IMG/VR virus record: IMGVR_UViG_3300033463_000029
Coordinates: 71,164 to 135,163 of that record
DNA: 64,000 nucleotides
Direction: 5' to 3' (one strand)
From: a virus
Lineage: Duplodnaviria; Caudoviricetes
Part shown: in pieces, positions 9,670 to 18,903 of the stretch
Layout: the number at the start of each line of letters is the position of its first letter
Numbering within the stretch: position 1 is the stretch's first letter
Notes under the pieces: generated by a model
Database searches by the model: none
Told to the model about the DNA's origin: nothing
Seen by the model: the letters and a program-made list of their open reading frames with translations, nothing else
Translations under genes and position numbers: made by a program

Positions 9670-10032
9670 TTAACTTTCGTTATCTTTACCTTTAATGAAT
9701 CGTCCGAACTGTTCTTTGTATTCGTATTTCCATTCAACGTCTTTGTAGTAGTCGTCTGTGAACCACGAGAGGTAGTCTTCCCGAAAATTTTCGAGAACTT
9801 CTGTAAAATGTTTTTTATAATCCCCACGCGAAAGAACATTTAGTTTTTGTTCGGAAATAGTAAAGCAATGTGTCGTCCCCTTGACTCTCCATATAACAGA
9901 CAATGTAGTGTCATATTTATGCGCCTGAGCAACAATATACTCAATTGTTATTGGATTGACCCATCCGTTGGGGTATATTTCGACTGTACGAATATCCCCA
10001 ACGGACCAATCAAAATTAAAGACGAACGGCAT
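9670..10032 (-). CDS. Hypothetical protein
   Basis: 120-aa aromatic-rich ORF, tightly packed. Confidence 0.7.
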   Translation of the reverse strand: MPFVFNFDWSVGDIRTVEIYPNGWVNPITIEYIVAQAHKYDTTLSVIWRVKGTTHCFTISEQKLNVLSRGDYKKHFTEVLENFREDYLSWFTDDYYKDVEWKYEYKEQFGRFIKGKDNES

Positions 10033-10037
10033 ATATC

Positions 10038-10265
10038 TTAGTCTTCCTCCAAAGCATCGAGGATAGCCTCAAGCTTTTCTTGTTTTACGCTTTCAATCTG
10101 CCACTCGTCAGTGCAAGCAGTGAACTCCTTTTCCACGACGTTTGCAGCAATCTGAGGTGATCCCGCATCGTGTACAAGATAATTCTCCTTATGATACTTA
10201 ATCTTTCCGTTGTCCTGTTCAACTCCAACGCGAACAGTTACTTTAAAATATCCTAAACTTTCCAT
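10038..10265 (-). CDS. DUF4494-like small protein
   Basis: YFKVTVR...NGKIK...ENYLV.DA.S...A...V pattern of the Bacteroidota/phage DUF4494 family. Confidence 0.65.
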   Translation of the reverse strand: MESLGYFKVTVRVGVEQDNGKIKYHKENYLVHDAGSPQIAANVVEKEFTACTDEWQIESVKQEKLEAILDALEED

Positions 10266-10269
10266 AGTA

Positions 10270-10542
10270 TTACTTTACATTTAATTCGATTTCACCCATA
10301 ATCTTTTTGTACTGAAGGTTGTTTTTGTAAACATCCGGGACTTCTCCACATTTTGCACAAACAAAGACTGGGATTTCAATGATTTCGTCTCTTCCTGTTG
10401 GGGAAACAAGTTTAGACAGATTTTTCAGAACAAAAGCCTGTTTAAAAATCTTCGACCCGCAGGAACAAACCACGTTTTTCGAGTTGATTATAGCAGAAGG
10501 GTCAATTCCCCTTGGCTGCGGTGTTTGCATTACTCCATCCAT
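10270..10542 (-). CDS. Small zinc-ribbon protein
   Basis: CSCGSKIF...SPTG...IPVFVCAKCG. Confidence 0.7.
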   Translation of the reverse strand: MDGVMQTPQPRGIDPSAIINSKNVVCSCGSKIFKQAFVLKNLSKLVSPTGRDEIIEIPVFVCAKCGEVPDVYKNNLQYKKIMGEIELNVK

Positions 10543-10556
10543 ATTTTTGAAAATTT

Positions 10557-10582
10557 TGGATCTCCGCCGAAACGGAGATCCA
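10557..10582 (-). terminator. Hairpin/terminator after the S1-like gene
   Basis: 10-bp stem tggatctccg/cggagatcca. Confidence 0.65.
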
Positions 10583-10588
10583 TTTTAA

Positions 10589-11674
10589 TTAGTTTTCGGA
10601 TTCAAGAAGATTTACCTTCTCAACCTCTTCTGGTGAGGGCTGGAGGTCGCCGATTACTATGCGGCAATTCTTGTCATCAATCCAGTTGAGTTTGTGGATG
10701 TAAGCCCTGAATTCGTCTCCGGGAGTAAACTGACCCTCGTCGAACATTTCCTCCATGCACTTCGACATGGTTGTTCTATGCATAAGGCTAGTGTAAAGCC
10801 ACTTGCCTTCCTTGTCCTTAATGGCACAGAAAATGCCGTTTTTGGACGTTCCGGTGACTTTGACGAAGATTGGCTTACCAACGTAGAGTTCTTCGTGAAT
10901 TCGGCTCGGAAGAGTAATCTCGATGAACTTCTTGTGGCTGACAACAAAGTTCTTAGTAGGAACAGAATAGTTCACAACGCACACGTTGATTTCCTGTCCA
11001 ACGAGAGACTCCGCGTCGGTTATAGGTCCGCTTGATGCAAGAGATGCTGGCATAAAGCACTGCACTCCGAGAACATCAACCGTGTAGCCACCGCCACTTG
11101 TGCAGACAACGGTTCCCTTATACCCATACTGAGGACCGTCCTTGCGAACGAGTTCATCCATAAACTCCTTCTCAATCTTGGACTTGTATCCTTCCCAGAT
11201 GGAAACGCGCTTATTGTCCATAACTTTTGCGAGAATTCCCTGAGACACGAGCTTCGTGCGATACGACTCGTCGTTGAGTGCATCAACGAAATCGCGGTTG
11301 CTGCGATATCCTACACTTCTCACAAACTGGTTCTCTTTGTTAAGATCGACAACAGATGACATTCCGTTATCGGAGTCGATGAGAACCTCGTGGTCTGATA
11401 CAGGGCGAATGTCCTTAACGTTGTAAACGACACCCTCCTTTGCGTCCTTTGGACTTGGATGAAGCTTTGCTCCGTTATAGTGGCGCTCAATTAGGTCATA
11501 AAGCTCCTGTGCATACGGTTCGTGACAAAACACTTTGTCATTCCCGTTGACCTTTACCTTCTTATTTACATGAAGAGACGCGCCCCCATCATAACCGTCC
11601 TCATATAAGGACCAATCGAACCCATCTTCAGGACCCCAACTCTTTCCGGTCGGCTTGAATTTAATTTTGCTCAT
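10589..11674 (-). CDS. rpsA: Truncated ribosomal protein S1 (bS1) homolog, about 3 S1 domains
   Basis: Domain-2-like GGYTVDVLGVQCFMPAS...VGQEINVCVV...NFVVSHKKFIE. The N-terminal FDWSLYEDG resembles the Bacteroidota bS1 N-terminus. Confidence 0.82.
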   Translation of the reverse strand: MSKIKFKPTGKSWGPEDGFDWSLYEDGYDGGASLHVNKKVKVNGNDKVFCHEPYAQELYDLIERHYNGAKLHPSPKDAKEGVVYNVKDIRPVSDHEVLIDSDNGMSSVVDLNKENQFVRSVGYRSNRDFVDALNDESYRTKLVSQGILAKVMDNKRVSIWEGYKSKIEKEFMDELVRKDGPQYGYKGTVVCTSGGGYTVDVLGVQCFMPASLASSGPITDAESLVGQEINVCVVNYSVPTKNFVVSHKKFIEITLPSRIHEELYVGKPIFVKVTGTSKNGIFCAIKDKEGKWLYTSLMHRTTMSKCMEEMFDEGQFTPGDEFRAYIHKLNWIDDKNCRIVIGDLQPSPEEVEKVNLLESEN

Positions 11675-11697
11675 TTAAAAATGAATTAGACGTTAAA

Positions 11698-12591
11698 CTA
11701 TTTCTCCTTCATCGCGCCGATGACAATCTTTGTCGAATTCGTTGTGGAGTCGAGGAGAATACGATCCACTGCGCCAGAACCGTTCACGTTGTACTTTCCG
11801 AGAATCACGGTGAAGGTCTCTTCAGATTTGTCGACAACCTTTACGAACTTCTCGCGGTTCACAGTAAGGGCAATCGGATAATCCGGCTCATGATCAACCT
11901 CACCGATGAGATAAACGAAGTCAGACTTCTTGTTCTCTGATTTTTCGGATAGGTTGATATCCCTGACATAAAGAGACTTTCCTTCAACGTAGAACGAAAG
12001 TGCATCCCTGCGAGCGTCCATCTTGATGATGTCTGAAATCTTGATGATGTCTGAAATCTTTTCGGGGGTGAGTTCAGAACGAACAGCGTCATCAACATTG
12101 AAGATGTTGTTGACAAAAACATCATCAGGAAGATATGCAATTTCCGTAGGACGGAAACCGTCAATCTTCATCTTCAGAATCTTAGAAGAGAATTGAATCT
12201 GGGTTGAGACGAAATCGGTTCCACCGTCCTTGAGGACAAAGGGCTCATAAGAAACCTCAATGTCGAAGTCGGCGTTACCTTCCGCGTCAACATCAGACCC
12301 AAACCGCTCTACGATCTGGATAAACTTTTTGAGCTGAATCAGGATTCCAGCTTTGATTCTCGCTGCTCCACGCTCCTGTTCGCCATCGTCGGATACGAAC
12401 GAAATGTTCGCATCATCAAACGTAATCGATGCAAACCGTATTGCAGACTTGTCTTCGGTGAACGTCTTTGCGACGAATGCGCGTGACGTTGTGTCGATTT
12501 CGAGCAGCAGGGATTCCCTGATCTTAAGATAGCTCTTCAGATAGCTCACGAACGGCTCGGCACTGCCGCTTAAATGTAGTTTTAGCTTCAT
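11698..12591 (-). CDS. Putative DNA polymerase sliding clamp (gp45/PCNA-like)
   Basis: 297 aa, acidic, alternating helix/strand pattern. The N-terminus (F..YLK.Y.KI...LLLEI) is reminiscent of gp45. Remote similarity only. Confidence 0.45.
   Translation of the reverse strand: MKLKLHLSGSAEPFVSYLKSYLKIRESLLLEIDTTSRAFVAKTFTEDKSAIRFASITFDDANISFVSDDGEQERGAARIKAGILIQLKKFIQIVERFGSDVDAEGNADFDIEVSYEPFVLKDGGTDFVSTQIQFSSKILKMKIDGFRPTEIAYLPDDVFVNNIFNVDDAVRSELTPEKISDIIKISDIIKMDARRDALSFYVEGKSLYVRDINLSEKSENKKSDFVYLIGEVDHEPDYPIALTVNREKFVKVVDKSEETFTVILGKYNVNGSGAVDRILLDSTTNSTKIVIGAMKEK
12020..12060. repeat. Perfect 18-bp tandem duplication (KISDII x2) inside the clamp-like gene
   Basis: atcttgatgatgtctgaa x2 followed by atctt. 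Confidence 0.9.
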
Positions 12592-12655
12592 CTAAAAGAT
12601 GTGTTTAAATTGTTTAACAATAAATTACCTTTGAAAACACCATCGTTTTCAGTTG

Positions 12656-12663
12656 CAAATATA
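12656..12663 (-). promoter_or_regulatory. Bacteroidota-type -7 element TATATTTG driving the clamp-S1 operon
   Basis: Intergenic TATATTTGCA in the correct orientation. Confidence 0.7.
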
Positions 12664-12694
12664 CTGAAAATAATTTAAACAAAAAAACAGAGGA

Positions 12695-14563
12695 TTAAAT
12701 TCCCCTGTTTTTATCAACCTTTCCAGCCAATGTTATATTTATAGGTCCTAGAAGACCGGTGAGAGAATCTTCATAATATATTCCGTTGTTAGATGTAAAC
12801 CCTCCTCTGAACAACGGTTGAACATCATTAACCTCTATATTGTTACCAAGACGGTCTGAAAGATTTCTCGATAGAAGAATATCTCCGTATTCATCTATTC
12901 CGTAGTTTCCATCACCAAACAAAAGCTGGTTGTTTTTGTCTGCGTCAAAATATACGTTAACAGAATCAACACCATCAACCTCTTCAACAATTCGTATTAT
13001 ATCCGAAACTGGTATTCTTACGCGGCGGGTCATATTTACAGCATAATCTGAAACCGCAGATATTATTGACTGCTTTACAGCGTTAAAATTATAGTTATTG
13101 TAAATTCTTACTGTTATGTTCACTGAGAATTTTGCAAAGATAGGATCTATTATGCGGTTTTCTATCGAAATTGCCTTTCTTCCAGAATTTTCAATAAGGT
13201 CAAGAATTCCTTTCTTTTCATCACTTGTCAACCCAAACCTATCAATAGAACAAGTAAAATAGTTGTCTGATGATGTTATGCGCTTCGTTATGTCAGGAAC
13301 AAGATAAAGATAAACAACATTATCATCCATCTTTGTTCTATCATATTCAACTTTCAATGCATCAACCTCATTCTTTTTCGCAGTCAAGAGTTCAAGAAGA
13401 TCAATAGCCTGCTGAGAATTTACACCGGTCAAATTTATTTGAGCAGAATATTTATATTTAAGCGCATTATATTCATTCTTTGCGTCATTATATAGTCCCT
13501 CTATCTTTATATCCTCAACCGTGTTAAATCCTGAGAACACGTCTATTATTGAGAACATGTTAAGTTTTGAAAGGAACGTCTTATAATTAACATCGTTTGC
13601 TAAAACAAAACTCCTAGACATGTGCGGTGCAAGTTTTCTTGTCATCTCTATCGACTCACCATATGTTCCAAACAATATGTCTGATGCCGGATATAAAGAG
13701 TAGACCGCATTCAAATCAACATAATCCCCATTCTGGTCATATCCCTGATCTTCAAATGTCCAAACAATTTCACTTGACGGCTGTTCAAGATTTCCGGCCG
13801 CGCCCGACGAAACTATATATTCAAACAATATTGTTGAACCAACAACTGGTATTTTTCCATTGTTTCCTGTTCCGAAGAACACATCGATTCCTCCGTTTAC
13901 GCTGGTTTTAACAATGCACGCCTCTTGCTCATAGGTCATATCAAGAATCGAGTCGACTTTCTCCCAACGCTTTCCGTTTACATAAACATTTGCAAAAAAT
14001 TCATCAACAATATCATCTGTTTTACTTGCAAAGTTAAAAGACTGCATTGCTTCTCCTGTTCCGGTTCCTTGCTGATATTTAACATCTCCCTGAACGATTG
14101 GGAACTCCATCTTTGAGTCTTTATCCCCTACAGTAATCTGCAAAATGTTAGCTGGAAGGATTATTCTATAAACAAGACCGTTTGCAGAATTTCTGATTCC
14201 TGTAAAATTCTTTATTGAAATTGTCTCACCGGCATAATCAGAATTTCTGTTATAAGTCATATAAATAGTTCCCCTTGCAGCAATACCTCTCGACGGAACA
14301 TGACCTGTCAATTCAGAAAGACCTATAACAGATCTTGACTGATATGCGGTTTCGATATTCAACTCAGTTACGGACGACTCTATATAGAACAGAATCATTC
14401 TGCCAAGATTGACAATTACATTTATTATCTGGGCGAACGGAGAAGCCATCGTGAACTCCTGATCGTTTGCTGCATATGTATTTTTGACATAGTTCATCGC
14501 GTCATCATACATCTGAGACAACCCGATTCTATTAGTCTTAAATATATTTAAATCAAGTTTCAT
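12695..14563 (-). CDS. Baseplate wedge subunit (T4 gp6-like)
   Basis: ELNIETA...SV..LS..TGH.PSR, VFFGTGNNGKIP, GES.E..RKLAP and EVDGVDSV. Lies in the tail module. Confidence 0.85.
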   Translation of the reverse strand: MKLDLNIFKTNRIGLSQMYDDAMNYVKNTYAANDQEFTMASPFAQIINVIVNLGRMILFYIESSVTELNIETAYQSRSVIGLSELTGHVPSRGIAARGTIYMTYNRNSDYAGETISIKNFTGIRNSANGLVYRIILPANILQITVGDKDSKMEFPIVQGDVKYQQGTGTGEAMQSFNFASKTDDIVDEFFANVYVNGKRWEKVDSILDMTYEQEACIVKTSVNGGIDVFFGTGNNGKIPVVGSTILFEYIVSSGAAGNLEQPSSEIVWTFEDQGYDQNGDYVDLNAVYSLYPASDILFGTYGESIEMTRKLAPHMSRSFVLANDVNYKTFLSKLNMFSIIDVFSGFNTVEDIKIEGLYNDAKNEYNALKYKYSAQINLTGVNSQQAIDLLELLTAKKNEVDALKVEYDRTKMDDNVVYLYLVPDITKRITSSDNYFTCSIDRFGLTSDEKKGILDLIENSGRKAISIENRIIDPIFAKFSVNITVRIYNNYNFNAVKQSIISAVSDYAVNMTRRVRIPVSDIIRIVEEVDGVDSVNVYFDADKNNQLLFGDGNYGIDEYGDILLSRNLSDRLGNNIEVNDVQPLFRGGFTSNNGIYYEDSLTGLLGPINITLAGKVDKNRGI

Positions 14564-14575
14564 TAAATTAAATGA

Positions 14576-17500
14576 TTATTTTTTTGATATAGTATAATCC
14601 ATATTTGATAATTGCTGTATCAATACTTTTATAGCTTCGACAACGCTGCCTGGATCATTATTGCGTCCCCATCCAAACGAAGCTCCTGCGGCGTCGGTTT
14701 CAAATTTCAATCCCTGCAAAGCCGTCTGTATCGCATCAACAACATCACCGCTTGACAAACCGCGACCGCCTCCGCCGCCTCCGCTGCCGCCTCTACCTCT
14801 ATTTACAGCGTCAGTTACATCACCAATCTTTCCTACATCAGCCTTTGATATTTCCCTTAAAGCGTTTGTCAATGAACTCAAGTCATTTGACATTCCGTTT
14901 ATATTATCCTTTATTTTCTTGAAAGCCTCAGCAAGTTTATTTATGTCATCGATTCTCTTTTGCTTATCTTTATACAAAGTCTTGTCGAAGTTTCCGAAGG
15001 TGTCTGTAACTTTCTTAAGTTCTGTGTCGGTTGAATTTATATTCGTCTTAGCCTTGTTGAACGCTTCTGTAGCCTTCTTGTCTGTCAATGTTGACAAGTT
15101 CTTATTAAATTGAGATATGGTTGTATAGAAATCGTTTACGTTCTTTGTGGCTTTCGTTATGTCTCCTTCTTCACCCGCTATTGAATTTATAAAGTCTATT
15201 ACCTCATTAAACGAGCCAACAACATTCTTCAAAGAATCTGCGTTTCCGTTAAACGATTCCATATAATCTCTGGCATACAACGCATTGACAAAAGATGTTA
15301 CTCCAGTTGCAATGTCTGTTCCGATCTTCTTGAAATCTATTGCTGGTCCAGTTTTCCAACCGCCCTTTCCGTCATATAAAACTTTATGTATTCCTGTTGC
15401 GTCAACGGTGAAGCTCGACATCACATCGATAAAGTTTGCAACTGGTTCTATGACTTGACCAAGTATACCGGTCATCTTTTCTATGGCATCGCTTCTTCTG
15501 GCTGCTGCACGTCTTCCGGAAAAATCCCAAATTGATGTACTGTCACCATACATAAGTTTTGACCACCCCTCAACAATACTTCTATCAAACAAAGAACTAA
15601 CAAAAGCGGTAACAGCACCAGCTATGTGAGTACCAATCTTTTTAAAGTCTATTCCCGGTCCAGGCTTTACTCCCTCTTTTTCATCCTCGATTAGTTTATG
15701 AAGTACACCATCCTCATCCACAACAAAGTTGGACATCACGTCTATAAAGTTTGTAATGGGTTCTATAACCATGCCTAGAATTCCCATCATTTCCTTTATA
15801 CCCTTTCTTCTTCGTCTAGCTTCTACCCAGTTCTGATATGATGTTCCCTCTCCATAAAGAATCTTGGCCCATTCGTTTGCATTTTGTTCAGAGAACAACG
15901 TTCCAACAAACAAACTTACAGTTCCAGCGATTGTTTGAGCAACACTTACAACATCAACGGATGGATACTGAATAAGCTCTCCCTTTTCATTAAACGTTAT
16001 CCTCTTTAGATATCCATCCCCGTCAGATTCGTATGCTGTTAGCATCTCGACAAATTTTGATATAGGATCAATTATCTGCCCTATTATCATCATCGCTATT
16101 GCAGCTTTAGCTACATTTTTAAGCTTAACGTCCTCGAACCCCTTGGACATTTCATTTGCAAATGTGCTCAACGTTCCGACGATAGTCTTTCCAACAGCTA
16201 TAGGATCAACCCAGTCCGAATATTTGACGTTTCCGTCTTTATCTCTAGAAATTACCTTTCTTATAACTCCGTCGCCGACAACATCTGATATCTCCGCAAT
16301 CCTTGATATTGCATCGACCGCAACGAGTATACCAAAAGAAAGAAGTTTTATTTTGGCTATATCGCCCATCAACTTAAAGAACTCTATCATTCCTATTCCA
16401 AGCGACAGGTTCTTTCTATTGAAAGATTTCAATATCGGAGATATCCCGTTCTTAATAAAATCAACTATTGCTCCAGCTCCGCCAGCTTCGTCAGTTTTCT
16501 TCTTTAAATTCACAACCGCATTTACAATGCTGATAACGGCAAACGCGAATCCAACAACAATAGTTATGACCGGCAGAGCAAGCAAAACAGGAATCAAAAG
16601 TAATGAGAATCCTGCCGCGAGCGCACCAAACGCCGTCGCAACAAGGGCGATTCCTCCCACTTCGATTACCATCTGTTTCCATGTTATACCGGCTTCTTCT
16701 CTCTTTTTAATCAGATTTACTACACCGTTTATAAACACAAGTGTAAGGAGTGCAAATCCGATGACAACACCAAGCGCAAGTGCTCCCGGAAGTATATATG
16801 ACATAAGGGCACCAGCAGCAACAGCCAATGCGCCAAACGCAACGAGTATTCCTCCGGCAAACGCAAGGGTAATCAACATATCCTTTCTCACCTTCGGATC
16901 TTTCATTGCTTGAGATACCTTATAAGTGGCATATACTAATCCTAGCACAGCGAACGCAAGAGCCGTTATTATCGTAAGCGCAATTATTCCTTTTTTAGCT
17001 TTTCCAAGAAGTTTTCCGGCAACCCACGCTATACCAATAAGGGCAAGCATCACACCGCCAACTATGGCTAACCCCAACGATATATCTTTCCAGTTCTTTT
17101 TAGCAAATCTAGCTAAAAACGCAGATGCAATCACAAGACCGAAACAGAATATAGTAAACAACATTATTTTTCCAAGACTCTTAAACGCATCTGTGCTTGT
17201 TATGATTTTACTAGCAAGACCAGCTATTAAGATTATACCGACCATTGTAATCAAGGTCAATCCTAATATTAGCAATCCGCCCCACAAAGCATCTTTCCAT
17301 TTTCCTTGAGCGAATATAAGACCAAAAGTTGCCGCCAATATGACTAGACCCATCGTAGCCAAAGTGAATATCATTATATCCTTCAGACCATCCATTGCTC
17401 CAAGTCCCTTTACGACTTTAGCGGCTAATCCGGTTATAAGGATTATGCCGACAAGAAGAAGCATTGTTGCACCAAGAACAGCAAGACCATACAATAAAGG

Positions 17501-18142
17501 TTTTGTACCAATCTTTTGTATTAAAACTCCTATCCCTATGCATACAAGTAACAGTGCGCTTGCCGCAAGCGCAGCTTTTGTCATAGTATATATACCTTCA
17601 GTGAGAGACTTTATTCCCTTTGTGTCTATCTTCATTGCAGATAAAAGCTTCATAGCCAGTCCAGCCGCCGCAAAGAATGGTATCGTCAGAAGCATTCCAA
17701 GCGTAGCTATTGGAGCCAATAAAACCAGCGGTGCTGCCTTTTTAACGGCTGACGTCATTTTAAGGATAGCTTCGTTGACGTTGTTTAGAGTTTTTATCTT
17801 GTCTGATTTAAACTCATATTTAAGAATCTTATGAAAAGCCTCATAGAACGAAATCATGACATTCTCAAAATTCTTCATCACTTTTCCGCTTAACCCAGCA
17901 ACAGCCTTAACAGCAACAGGCAACCCCCCAAGGACAGAAATCATCTGTTTTATTTCGCCAAGACCGAGTCCACCAGCTTTCGCGTCAGTCGCCTTTGGCG
18001 CACTGTCGCCCGCAACACTTCCGCGAGAAAGTTTTGCAGTAGAATCAGCATCACCACCAGCGCCGTTTTTACCACCCATATTCTTTGCGATTATGGAGAC
18101 ACTTTTGTTAATGCTGGCTAATATATCTAGAGAATTTATCAT
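14576..18142 (-). CDS. Probable tape measure / membrane-spanning ejection protein
   Basis: 1188 aa, Ala/Gly/Ile-rich, with a long run of periodic hydrophobic helices and about 105-aa internal repeats. Lies between the tube and baseplate genes. Confidence 0.6.
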   Translation of the reverse strand: MINSLDILASINKSVSIIAKNMGGKNGAGGDADSTAKLSRGSVAGDSAPKATDAKAGGLGLGEIKQMISVLGGLPVAVKAVAGLSGKVMKNFENVMISFYEAFHKILKYEFKSDKIKTLNNVNEAILKMTSAVKKAAPLVLLAPIATLGMLLTIPFFAAAGLAMKLLSAMKIDTKGIKSLTEGIYTMTKAALAASALLLVCIGIGVLIQKIGTKPLLYGLAVLGATMLLLVGIILITGLAAKVVKGLGAMDGLKDIMIFTLATMGLVILAATFGLIFAQGKWKDALWGGLLILGLTLITMVGIILIAGLASKIITSTDAFKSLGKIMLFTIFCFGLVIASAFLARFAKKNWKDISLGLAIVGGVMLALIGIAWVAGKLLGKAKKGIIALTIITALAFAVLGLVYATYKVSQAMKDPKVRKDMLITLAFAGGILVAFGALAVAAGALMSYILPGALALGVVIGFALLTLVFINGVVNLIKKREEAGITWKQMVIEVGGIALVATAFGALAAGFSLLLIPVLLALPVITIVVGFAFAVISIVNAVVNLKKKTDEAGGAGAIVDFIKNGISPILKSFNRKNLSLGIGMIEFFKLMGDIAKIKLLSFGILVAVDAISRIAEISDVVGDGVIRKVISRDKDGNVKYSDWVDPIAVGKTIVGTLSTFANEMSKGFEDVKLKNVAKAAIAMMIIGQIIDPISKFVEMLTAYESDGDGYLKRITFNEKGELIQYPSVDVVSVAQTIAGTVSLFVGTLFSEQNANEWAKILYGEGTSYQNWVEARRRRKGIKEMMGILGMVIEPITNFIDVMSNFVVDEDGVLHKLIEDEKEGVKPGPGIDFKKIGTHIAGAVTAFVSSLFDRSIVEGWSKLMYGDSTSIWDFSGRRAAARRSDAIEKMTGILGQVIEPVANFIDVMSSFTVDATGIHKVLYDGKGGWKTGPAIDFKKIGTDIATGVTSFVNALYARDYMESFNGNADSLKNVVGSFNEVIDFINSIAGEEGDITKATKNVNDFYTTISQFNKNLSTLTDKKATEAFNKAKTNINSTDTELKKVTDTFGNFDKTLYKDKQKRIDDINKLAEAFKKIKDNINGMSNDLSSLTNALREISKADVGKIGDVTDAVNRGRGGSGGGGGGRGLSSGDVVDAIQTALQGLKFETDAAGASFGWGRNNDPGSVVEAIKVLIQQLSNMDYTISKK

Positions 18143-18172
18143 TTCAAATAATACGGCGTTTCGCCTTTACTG

Positions 18173-18179
18173 TATTTAT
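18173..18179 (-). promoter_or_regulatory. T4-late-like element ATAAATA
   Basis: 30 nt upstream of 18142 and just after a terminator. Confidence 0.55.
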
Positions 18180-18200
18180 TTGAGTTGCACAGAAAACGAC

Positions 18201-18228
18201 AAAACGGAAACCTTTCGATTTCCGTTTT
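18201..18228 (-). terminator. Intrinsic terminator after the tail tube gene
   Basis: Stem aaaacggaaa/tttccgtttt. Confidence 0.7.
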
Positions 18229-18252
18229 GGTTTTAAATTGTTAAACTTAAGA

Positions 18253-18879
18253 TTAAAGCATTGATTCGTCCCAGTAATCGCATCTGAGCGTAAATCCCGT
18301 GACTTTATAGAGGTTTGTTTTGCTCTGATAGTTAAGTTCTGGAACAGGAAGGCTAGTTGTCGGGAAGACGTTGTAACAAATCCACTGCCAGAATGGTTGA
18401 TGCTTCTTATCGTGCATTGTTATCGTCATTGAAGGAGCGACATACTCTGCCTTGATTCCCTGTCTGCCCGTAAGCGGATCCCAAATAAGGTCGTTCCATC
18501 TTCTGAGCATCTTAACTGTATACATATCAGGTGCACCTTCTTTAGATCCTCTAACATTAACCTCGAAGTCAAGCTGAATATCGATATAGGTCTGACCTGT
18601 ACCGGAAGCTGCGAAGCTACGATCAGCCATCTTGTAGTGCTGCAATTCAGCAACACCTGGGTTTTTGTTAGTATCAAGACCACCAACACGCTGTACACCT
18701 TCCAATAGGAGCTGCTTATCTGATTCATTGTCGAGAACAAGCTTCTCAGGAAGATCGATTTCGACTGTAAATAGATTCAAATATATTGGCTCCCAGAGCT
18801 CTCTGGAGACTCTCGATGTTCTGAAATGAGGGAGTCCCATTAAACCTACTGAAGTAATTCCTGTTGCATCTGCTGCCAT
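18253..18879 (-). CDS. Tail tube protein (gp19-like)
   Basis: 208 aa directly downstream of the sheath. EPIYLNLF.V, RRWNDLIWDPLTG, NVFPT.L..LNY and final CDYW. Confidence 0.85.
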   Translation of the reverse strand: MAADATGITSVGLMGLPHFRTSRVSRELWEPIYLNLFTVEIDLPEKLVLDNESDKQLLLEGVQRVGGLDTNKNPGVAELQHYKMADRSFAASGTGQTYIDIQLDFEVNVRGSKEGAPDMYTVKMLRRWNDLIWDPLTGRQGIKAEYVAPSMTITMHDKKHQPFWQWICYNVFPTTSLPVPELNYQSKTNLYKVTGFTLRCDYWDESML

Positions 18880-18903
18880 ATCTTTTTTCTATTACTTTTA
18901 AAT

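Noticed and set aside
16143-17834. Long + strand ORFs opposite the tape-measure-like gene (also 1874..2632, 21763..22188, 34884..35711)
   Set aside because: They are antisense shadows of biased or low-complexity genes and carry no motifs.
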